Shown: positions 41,399-53,300 of the stretch, in pieces
How positions within the stretch are numbered: the first letter of the stretch is position 1
Layout: each line of letters begins with the position of its first letter
Origin: Octopus vulgaris
Lineage: Eukaryota
Reading direction: 5' to 3'
Length of the DNA stretch: 64,000 bases
Assembly (NCBI GenBank): GCA_951406725.2
Contig: OX597820.1
Span: 100,564,001-100,628,000, forward strand
Position numbers and translations under genes: made by a program
The notes under the pieces: model-generated
What the model was told of the DNA's origin: nothing
The model's input: the letters and a program-made list of their open reading frames with translations, nothing else
The model's database searches: none

Positions 41399-43743
41399 TA
41401 GGATACAATAATTCATAGAACTGAAATTAAACATAAAAAATGAGATATGTGAATTGAAAAATTTTCAATTTAAAATTTTAAACTGAAAAACTGCTCTTTT
41501 TATTAAATGTCAAAATATTTTATTCTAAATTAAGGATGGCAGGACATCAGATAATATCTTTTTAAACATAATGAGCAACTTAAACTTAATATGATTTTAA
41601 AAGAAATAAAATTCAATTTTTAATTCACGACATATTATATTTGAGTTGCTGAGTTTATATTCATATACCATTATAGAAGACCATTCTTTTATAATTACAG
41701 CAACAACATAAGAGTTTTGAAATGCACATCACGAGGTTTTCACATGAATTATACTAAATATATATGTATATAATGCACACACACACACTAATATTTGCTA
41801 AAATTTTTATACTTACTCAAGTGAATATATACTTTTGTTCATACATCTGTTACCAATTCCAACTCTTGACAATAACAGTTGTTCCAAATTTTGTGTAATA
41901 TTGCTATATGGAGCATCATTACTTTTAGGAGAAAATATGAAAAATTTATATTATTAATTCAAGAAAGCTACAATAATTCATCTATAAAAATAAATGAGAT
42001 ATGGGAATTGAGAGATTTTCAATTTAAAATTTCACACAAAAAACCTGATTTTTAAATTTCATTTTATGGCAAAATAGTTTATTCTAATGTGGGGAGGAGG
42101 GATATTGAATAATGTTTTTTAAATACAATTAGTAATTTAAACTCAAGAAGACTTAAAAAAAGAAAAATTCAATTCCTAATTCATAGAATATTATCATTAT
42201 TATTATTATAGACGTCGCACAGTATACAATATTGCGAGGTTGTTGATTGAAGATATTGTATCTACTAGGGATTTGTACTGTTTGTCAAGTCACAAGGACC
42301 TCAGACAGACAGTACTTTACGCAATATGCATGCAGTTCCAAGTAATTCTGGCTTTTGTAGGGTATTTCTAAGATTTTCAGATGTTTTTTTTTCAGATTGG
42401 GTGGTATTGAACCCAATGTTCCGATGACAATAGGGATAACATAAGGACCAGTTGAGTACTGGGGTTGATTTCATTGACTTACCCCTACCCCCAAATTACT
42501 GGTCTTGTGACAAAATTTGGAATCAATATATGTACATATGTTCCTTTTTCTTATGGTTCTGATAAAATATTTGATCTGGAATCAAATATAGAAACAGATA
42601 GTGTTTATTTTTGTAGAATCATGTTTGTTATTTTCCATTTTAACAAACTCATGTACTGTTTGTTATATATTCACATCTTTGTTATTGGTGTTGCTGTTAA
42701 CCTCAGGTAACACCTATTTATGTAGGCTTATGATCAAAGGTATTCCATCCATGAGGATCTCATTGAGTATAAAGCGGCTTCACCATAGAAAAAGAAATGT
42801 AGTAATGATGGAATTTGAACAATCAATTCTCTTCAATTCTGATAATAATAATCTTTAAAACAAATAAAAGAAAAATACCAACTTCAAAAACTTACGTAAA
42901 AAACATATATAAGTGACGATCATTTTCGGCAGGAACATAATGCCATGGATGGAGAATTAATGGTGGTTCCTCACTGTATGTGGGAATTATCATAGCCAGA
43001 ATCATGGCAAGCAAAACAAAAGCAGCAGGTAATAAGATCTGCAAGAGAAGGATTCAGTTTAAATATAAAGAGAATAGTGATAGAGAAATGAGACATTATT
43101 CTCAAAATATTTAAAAATTCTAAATATAATATAAAATAATAAATATAATAGTATTATTATTATTGAGTGAGAAAGCAGTGCATGCTATCAGAGTGACACT
43201 AGGGTAAAATATGACACCCAGTATATCCATCACAACTATCCATCTGATAAGGGTACACCAGGTACATGCATCACAACCATATGTGTGCAAGATGGTGATC
43301 TCATATCAAGATTAACAGTGCATGACTTTGTAGGTGGGGCCCAATTAGAATTTTCTGTAAATTGAGTAGCCCAGCCCGCTCAAAAGGGCCCTGAATAAGG
43401 GATGTTTAATGATGTTGAACGAAATACCCATGTTTCCAAAGGTGAATTATCCAAACCTCAAATAATTCCTCTCAACACATGACTATGATGCTCCCCCACT
43501 ACTTCTGCTTGTGATCAGAGATACACATATCATCAGCCACTAAGAGACATGCTCAACTGGTTAAGGTCAAGTAAATGACAAGCAAATCTGTGGTATTGAG
43601 CAGAATATTTGCTGTAGTCCATCTTTTATACCAAGACAAAACAATGTACATGATAACACTTCCAATCAGTTCAGATGAGAAGCCATGAAAGCCACTGCCT
43701 GATACTGCATCTATTATTGTCATTATAATAATAATAATAATAA

Positions 43744-43774
<31 letters not shown>

Positions 43775-44235
43775 CGTCGCTGTCGTCGGCGTTTAAGGCA
43801 GCGAGCTGGCAGAATCGTTAGCACACTGGGCAAAATGCTTTGTAGCATTTCGTTTGTTTTTATGTTTTGAGTTCAAATTCTATTCTAGTCTAGGTACAAG
43901 GCCCGAAACTTTTGGGGAGAAGGCCAGTCGATTAGATCAATCCCGATACGCAACTAGTACTTAATTTATCAACCTTGAAAGGATGAAGGGCAAAGTCAAT
44001 TTCAGCGGAATTTGAACTCAGAACATAAAGACAACTGAAATGCTGCTAAGCATTTCGCCTGGCATGCTAACGTTTCTGCCAGCTCACCACCTTGTTTTGA
44101 GTTCAAATTCTGCCAATGTCAACGTTGCTTTCATGCTTTTAAGGTCGATGAAACAAGTACCTTTTGAAAACTGGGGTTGATATAATTAACTTAACTTCTC
44201 CTTGAAATTTCTGGCCTTGTGCCAAAATTTGAAAC

Positions 44236-44286
<51 letters not shown>

Positions 44287-47200
44287 GAAAATGGTGGATT
44301 GGAAGAATTGTAAGAACATTAAGCATAATGCCTTTCAATATTTCTTTCAGCTCTTCACACACTGAGTTCAAATCCCATTGGGATCCATAAAATAAAGTAC
44401 TACTCAAGTACTTCATTGATGTAATCAGCTACCCCATCACAGTAAAACTGCTGGCCTTGCACCAAAATTTGAAAGAATTTACATTGTTGTTGCTTTATTT
44501 CACACTAGTAGTATTGCCCGGCTCAATGGGGATTTCAGGGGAGAGTTTCAGGGAGTCACTGGCGATGTATCGTGATGATCAAAAATCCAGCCTGCTAAAA
44601 TTTGGTTAAAGTGATTCAAACTGCAGACTCAACGCAAAATGGTCACATTTAATTCAAAGCATTAAAAATGTTATGAAAACAATTGGTATGTGTTCACAAA
44701 GTCCAAACCATTAATACGAAAAAACCCTCCAGGCTACATCCCGAAAATTCATTTCTTTGCCGAATTTCTACAATGTTTACGGCGATTCGATTTTATATCT
44801 TGATTTTTTATTTTTCATGCAATTTACGCATGCTTGCACGCAGTTCACGTCAAACAGCTGACTGAGTAAAGTTCACTATTCAATGCATCGGATAAGGCCT
44901 AAACAAACACATTATCGATTTTTGCACTTGTGAGATGAATTTCAGAACAGAAATAGTGCAGTTCAATTTTCATTCACCTAAACTTTAAGTGACCCATTTT
45001 TGGTGGTTCTACGATTTGTTGGCTAGGAGAAGATGTGCCAGGAAGTTAAACACACAGACACACAAGTTGAGTTTTATATATATAGATGAGCTGTACCAAG
45101 TTTTAAGTAACAGCAAGTTAGGCATTTTACTATGGAAGTTATTTATTAGTAATGATATATTGCAGGAAAAGAATTCCAAACTCTAAGAATTAAGATTCTG
45201 TTAAACTTGAAATGTTTCAGCTTCGAAAGAGTTTAGAGAGAATCAGGTATTTTCGGTTTGTCAATGTTTTTCTAAGGCTATGGATGATACCCATGAGAAG
45301 AATTTTTTGCAAGTTGACTCCAAGCCTCATCCAGGGACATCAAGAGACAACAAATGAGAAGTTCAAATCAGTATTATGACTAGGGTGGTTGATAACTATT
45401 ATTATTATTCTTCTTCTTATTATTATTAGGGTGCATGCTCTAGTGGTTAGGGTGTTGCACTCACGATCTGGTGATTGTGATTTCAACTCCTAGACTGGGC
45501 AGTGCATTGTGTTCTTGAGCAAAGCACTTCAACAGAGGTTGCTCTGAGATCATTTTGATACTGACGCATGGCACACAGTGCACCTGTTCAGACAATGCTG
45601 ATTTGATGGAAGGAGAGTGAGCAAATGTGTGGCACAAACATTTGATCACTATAAACAAATCATTTGTGCTGGACGTTCAGCAAAAGCTAAACACTCATTT
45701 GTTGTCTTTGATGGGAGAGTAAATCATTATTATTAAGGTGGAGAGCTAGTAGAACCATTAGTAAGCCAGAACAAAATGCTTAGTGGCATTTTGTTCATAT
45801 TTAGATTCTGAGTTCAAATTTTGCTGAGGTCAACTTTGCTTTCTTCCTTTCAGGGTCAATGGGTTAATAATATAAGTACCAGGAGATCACTGGGCTCAAT
45901 GTAATTGACTAGCCTCTTTCCTCCAAAATTTCAAGCTTTTTGCTTATAGTAGAGATCATCATCATCGTTTAGCGTCCGCTTTCCATGCTAGCATGGGTTG
46001 GACGGTTCAACTGGGGTCTGGGAAGCCAGAAGGCTGCACCAGGCCCAGTCTGATCTGGCAATGTTTCTATGGCTGGATGCCCTTCCTAACGCCAACCACT
46101 CCGTGAGTGCAGTGGGTGCTTTTTACGTGCCAAACGAGGCTGGCAAACGGCCACGATTGGATGGTGTTTTTTACGTGCCACCGGCACGGGGGCCAGGCGA
46201 GGCTGGCAATGGCCACGATCGGATGGTGCTTTTTACATGCCACCGGCATGATGATGATTATAACTATTATTATTATTATTATTACCATTATTATTTTTAT
46301 TATTATAATTATTATCCATGGTGTGCATGAATGTTTTACAATCAGAACCAAGGTCCTTGATACTGAGTCACAACCACTTTCCTTTAATATTGAAGACCTT
46401 TCTTACAATCCATGCTGTTCCCAATAGAGCAAATTTCTGAATCAATACATGTCTTGTAGTTACACGTATCTCAATAAAAAAAAAAAAACTGTTAAGTCTG
46501 TTAACAGGGATTAATTACTTTTGTATTTCTCTAGCCAAATCCTTTCTTTCCATTTCCCTAGCCAAATCCTTGTATTTTCCATTTTATTTTTTTAAAAACT
46601 GCTTAGAAGTAGTTGATAGCTTCTGCTACCTAGGTGACCAAGACTGTAGGTGGGTAGATTCTTGGAGATTGTTGCCACTAGAATAAGAATAGCCTGGGCA
46701 AAGTTCAGAAAGCTCCTACCTCAACTGGTGTCTAAGGGCCTCTCGCTCAGAGTGAAAGATAGACAGTATGATGCATGTGTGCAAACTGCCGTGCTACTGA
46801 AGATATGCGTAGGCTTGAAAGAAATGAAGCTAGCATTATCTGCTGAATGTGTAATGTCAGTGTGCACACACAACAGGTGTAAACACCCTGAGAGAAATGT
46901 TGAATACAAGAAGCATCAGATGTGGTGTGCAAGAGAGATGACTGTACTGGTATGGTCATGAGTTGTGTATGGATGAGGAGAGCTATGTGAAGAAGTGTCA
47001 CTCCCTAATAGTGGAAGGAACCAGTGGAAGAGGGAGACCAAAGAAGACATGGTTTGAGGTGGTGAAGCATGACCTTCGAATGTTGGGCCTCATAGAGGCA
47101 TGACAAGAGACCAAAACCTCTGGAGATATGCAGTGATTGAGATGATCCAGCAAGTAAAGTGAGATCACAGCCGTAGCCTATACCAGTGTCACATAACCAG

Positions 47201-49924
47201 CCCATTTAAAATGTACCTTTGAATCTTCGGGTGACACGCTGTACTTCAGGAGACCTATTGAGTCAAGTAAAGTCAGAATCAAAAATCAAAATCACAATCA
47301 AAAATGGAAATTGTAGTTGTGGCCAATGCCAATGTCGCCTGACTGACTCTCATGCTAGTGGCATGCAATAAGCACCATTCAATTGTGGGTCATTGCCAAT
47401 GTCATCCGACTGGCTCCCCATGCTGGTGGCATGTAAAAAGCACCATCTGAACATGATCGATGCCAGCCCCCACCACTCTGACTGGCTCCTGTGCCAGTAG
47501 CACCTAAAAAGCATCAACAGTGGCATGTAAAAAACATCCATTACACTCTCGGAGTGATTGGTGTTAGGAAGGGCATCCAGCTGTAGAAACATTGCCAGAT
47601 CAGATTGCAGCCTGGTGCGGCCTCCTGCCTTACCAGACCCCAGTCAAACAGTCCAACCCATGCCAGCATGGAAAACAGATGATAAAAGATGATGATAATG
47701 ATGATGATGCTTATATGATAATTTAGGCTGTTATTTGAGCAGGCTGAGAAACAATGTAGAAGATGATAATTAACATAAAGAGATGTGTGCATCTAGGAGA
47801 ACCCATTTGTGCATGCTTCACAACAATTAAGAACAAGTGAAACTGAACCTACTTCACAGATGAAGCCCTTCTTACTTCTGCGCTGGTAATGGAATCTTTT
47901 CTTTAGAAGTGCTATGAATTGTTGGAAGGTTAATTGCCAACCGGTAACTTTGTAGGATCCTTCGCCCTGACAGGTTTCCATCTCGTCCTTTGTTTCTTGA
48001 TCTGAATGATAACAACAACAACAACAGTAAAACAGAAAGCTCACTGTATAGCTATGAGATAATTCCTTAAGAAAATATTTAATGTGATGTAAAGCAATTT
48101 TGAAATTGAGCAAAGGAGCAAGGAGTATACAGGGATGCAGAGAAAGAAAGAGAAACTAACAGACAGATAAGCAGAATGCTTATAAAATTACTGAAATGAG
48201 GCAAATTCAATTTCATTGGGATTCTTTATTTCCATGTAATAAAGGTTACATTTTCTGTGGTTAGACCATTTACACACTATGATTATCTATTAATTTTCAA
48301 CAAGTGATTTGACAGTATACTCTTACTCTTTACTCTTCTACTTGTTTCAGTCATTTGACTGCGGCCATGCTGAAGCACCACCTTTAGTCGAGCAAATCGA
48401 CCCCGGGACTTATTCTTTGTAAGCCCAGTACTTATTCTATCGGTCTCTTTTGCCGAACCACTAAGTGACGGGGACGTAAACACACCAGCATCGGTTGTCA
48501 AGCAATGCTAGAGGGACAAACACAGACACACAAACATATACACACACATACATATATATATACATATATACGACAGGCTTCTTTCAGTTTCTGTCTACCA
48601 AATCCACTCACAAGGCTTTGGTCGGCCCGAGGCTATAGCAGAAGACACTTGCCCAAGATGCCACGCAGTGGGACTGAACCCGGAACCATGCGGTTGGTTA
48701 AAGACACAATATCCATAATTATTTATAATTTTATTAAATTTGTCAGCGACCACCATTTTAATGTTCACTTTCCATGTTTGCATGAGTCAGATGGAATTTG
48801 TTGAGGCAGATTTTCTATGACTGGATGCTCTTCCTGTTGCCAACCAACAACTGTTTTCCAAGTAAGGTAATATTTCCTCATGGCCAGGTATGTTTTCACA
48901 AAAGATTGGAAATGAAGGATCCTGCTTGTGTGAGGGTTATGCTTATTCACAACCATCCATGATGCCAACAAAAAGCAGCAAATACATACACAAGCATAAA
49001 AACATACATATATAAACATATATATCACTACCTTCCTTTTGCCTCCTTCAGCCATTTCCTCTATAGTAAGGCACCTGTATTTTGGAGTTCGGCATGGCCT
49101 TCCAGCTCACTGGAGCTGTCAAATCATCCAACCCATACCAGTAAGGAAAACAGATGCTAAATGATGATGAGGTCGATATATATATCATCATCATCATTTA
49201 ACATCCATCTTCTATACTGGTTTGACAAGAGCTGGTAAAACAGAGGACAGCTCCAAGCTCCACTGTTTTGGCATAGCTTTTATGGGTGGCAGACAAGATG
49301 CTTTTTACATGGACTCAGCACTTTCAAGGTCACCAAGTAACTTGCAAGATAAAGATCCTTTGAGGACTTTTGTGCCAGGTAATGAGAGGGATAGAAACAA
49401 GTATATGAAGCATGTACATATATACATACATACACACACACACTTATAAATATATATATATATATACACACACAGGTCGTCGTCGACTTATGACCACAGT
49501 TGGTTGTAATCGATTTGGTCATAAGTTGGTCTATAGGCCTACATAGGTTTGTTTTATATTCTTACATTCTTAAGGTACATTCTTAGGTAAAAGTCATACA
49601 CAGCATTCTGTATTATACTATTAAACTGGCATTAGTCAAAAGTTTCGGAGTCTCAAGCAGTTGTCATATAAACAAATACAAGGTTGCCTCAATGTCTGCA
49701 CTACAGGATAGTCATCCAACACAGTGGTGATTGATAACCAAACCTTGGGGAAGCATTTGTTAGCTGACATCATCTGTAGACGGGTTGATTTTGAAGAAAT
49801 GAAACTCATTAGATTTCAACTGGACTATTTATTATTGCTGCTGGGAGTTGGCATGTTAATTGTTGTAAAATTGTTGTAAAAGTCAGATAGGTCGTAAGTC
49901 AACAACGACCTGTATGTATATATG

Positions 49925-50012
<88 letters not shown>

Positions 50013-50025
50013 CATAAAGAGAGAA

Positions 50026-50059
<34 letters not shown>

Positions 50060-50272
50060 TACTAATATAGGATGAAGTTTTTTTACAGAAAAAAATTTCA
50101 TTAAAAAAGTGGCAGCATATTAAAATACCTTTAAAGGTTAAAGTTATAAACAACTTATAAACAAGGGCAAAAGAAAATTATTTCTATGCCAATATGCTGA
50201 TAACAGACTTTTAAAAGTCTGTTACCAGCATATTGGCATAGAAATAATTTTCTTTTGCCCTTGTTTATAAGT

Positions 50273-50319
<47 letters not shown>

Positions 50320-53300
50320 CAGGTTTCTTTCAGTTTCCATCTACTAAATCTACTCAAGACTGAGGCAGAAGACACTTGGCCATGTGGTTGTAAGTGAACT
50401 CTATAACCACATGATCACACCTCTGCCTATCAAAACCATGTGATAGGGAAGCAAACTTCATAACCAAATGGCCATACAGGTATATTAGAAAATATTTAGA
50501 CTTGCTGCAAAAGTAGTTATTTAAAACTGAGTTAATATTTTATCTGTGCTAGGGTAGGTTTCTCTGTAAATACGAAGAGAAAGAGTCTTTGGAAATTCAT
50601 CTTCATTAATTATTGCTAACACTCTAACAAGGTGTTCATATATTTACAAAACAAAGATATTCATTTAATAGCAAAACAGGTAGAAGCTTTCTTGTTTTTG
50701 ACAGCTCTGGATATATCAAAATACCAAGGAAAAATTTTTCCAGAAAAAAACAAAAGAATCAGTCTGTATGGTAAGTAGTTTTACTTGAAAATATTACTGA
50801 GCAAACTTAGGGATTACACAGATGGCTACAGAGCTATACTAAAATAAAGAATCAGCAAGACATTATTATATAAGTTTTATCTAATTAACCAGTATCTGTA
50901 GAAACTTCATAAAATATACAAAGGCAGCTGTCGAAGACTGGAATAGCCATAGAATCTCATCATGATGACGATGATGATTGTGAACATGAAATAAATTAAG
51001 ATTTTCATTGTAAATAGAGTTTGAAACAATACATATTTAATAAATCATAGATAATAATGAAAAGCTACTTTCAATGAAGTAGACAATCATGATTCCAATA
51101 TTAATTATGGTTTTAGTTTGCCACAAGTGATACTGGCATTAGTCCATTGATAAGTGACGTGTTATTAAAACCTTGACCATAAAACATGAATTTTATACAA
51201 TATGTACTATATTGACAATGCAATCAAGCTGATTAAATAGCCATCTATACTGCCTTCCGGCTTTTATAGATCTAAATAAAGAAATGTACCATTCTTAAAT
51301 TGATTAGGTAGTTTTAAGAAAGTCACTTAGCATCCCTGTGGATAAATCTGTCTGCAAAGATATTCCACTCAAAGTAGCCGTAGCCTTTATGAGAAAAAGA
51401 TGTTATAAAAAGAAAATCAATACATTTTTGTATGCCCTCCTACCACATACATCCTCCACCCCACACTTTCATTCACATGAATTGACTGTAGATTTTCTGC
51501 AGAAAATTCTAACTTTGGCTGCAAGGAACAAAATAGATTGCTGAATTTTTCTTGAAGTAAAACTAATTTTCTTAGATTAGGGCAAAAAAAAAAAAAACAA
51601 AAAAAAAGCATCAAGATATTTTTCATCAAGGTATTTTTTTAAAAACTGTAAATAGTAAAAGTAAAAAATAAAATTAAAAATAATTAATTAAAGAAACTTA
51701 ACAGATTCTCAAATTCTTTACTCAGCTGATAATGATGAATATGACAAGAATTTTTTAATACTTTATTTTTACTTTTCTTTTACTTGTTTCAGTTATTTGG
51801 CTGTGGCCATGCTGGGACACTGCTTTTCAGCGTTTTTAGTTGAACAAATTGATCCCAGTACCTTTTAAAGCCTGATACTTCTTTTATCAGTCTCTTTTGC
51901 CAAACTGCTAAGTTACAAGGATCAAAACAAACCAGCACTGGTTGTCAAGAGGTGGCTGAGGACAAAGACACACACACAACAGGCTTCTTTCGGTTTCTGT
52001 TTACCAAATCTATTCACAAGGCTTTGGTTGGCCTGTGGCTATAGTAGAAGACACTTGCCTAAGATGCCATGCAGTGGGACTGAACCTGAAACCATGTGGT
52101 TGGGAAGAAAACTTCTTACCACACAACTATCTTGCATCATAACCTGTAGTACTTTTCTTTCACTAACATAGGCACAGTTGAGGCTGTGTGGTAAGAAGCT
52201 TGCTTCACAACCATATGGTGCTGGGTTCAGTCCCATTGCATGGCACTTTGGGCAAGTGTCTTCTACTATAGCCTTGAGTTAACCAAAGCCTTGTGAGTGG
52301 ATTTGGTAGACAGAAACTGAAAGAAGCCCATCGTATGTATATATGTATGTATATATGTGTGTGAGTGTATGTGTGTGTGTGTCTTTGTTCCCCTATCACC
52401 ACGTGACAACCGGTGTTAGTGTGTTTGTGTCCCCGTAACTTAGAGGTTCAGCAAAAGAAACAAATAAAATGAGTACTAGGCTTTAAAAAAATAAGTCCTG
52501 GGGTCTATTTGTTTGACTAGAACCCTTAAAGGCAGTGCTCCAGCATGGCCACAGGCAGATGACTGAAACGAGTAAAAGAATAAAAGAATCATATACTACC
52601 ACCAAGCATGCTCATATTATGAATAAAGTTGATTAGACAGGTGAGAACTGCAGTTGGCTGCAGCGTTTAGGTAGTTTATGAAGTATCAAAACTGCTGTAT
52701 GGTATTCCTAGTAACTATACTCAGTTATGAACAGTGTAATTCACCTGCCTGTGAATACCTATTTTGGTGTATACAAATCACAATTGTTAAATGGTCAGAT
52801 GATTTCATGGAATGTCAAATAAAACATGTCATAATAGCAGTACAAATTGTACATTAATAAAGTAGCACAAGCCTTCAGAAATTGGGCTTTGCTCCACTCC
52901 TATTCTTAAAACTATGTAGCAAATTTGAAAATAACATAAATAAATGAGATCAAACATTTTAGTGTAAATATAGCTGTAATTATTCAATCATAAGCTTTAC
53001 TGCAATATGTAAACAGATGTAAGCACATCTTTGTATCTCTTTGTGGGACAAAAATATACAAATTGTTTTGACCAATATAATTTCAGTTCAGTGCACCAAA
53101 GGAGACATGGGCAAAACAAACTGAGGAAAACCTGAAGTTGCAGTATCTTGACCTCATGCATGCTGAGGCCAACACCATGGATTGGAAAGCATGGAACAAG
53201 GGTTAAATGCCAGTGTTTTTGTCTCTGGTTTAATGGTATTAAGCAACTAAGAGAAAAAAATGTCCCCAGGACAGGATACTATTTAGGTAAAAATACCACA

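Noticed and set aside
51417-51500. Possible extra linker exon after a ttttctgcag acceptor
   Set aside because: No convincing phase-1 donor before the stop codon and no ABCA similarity
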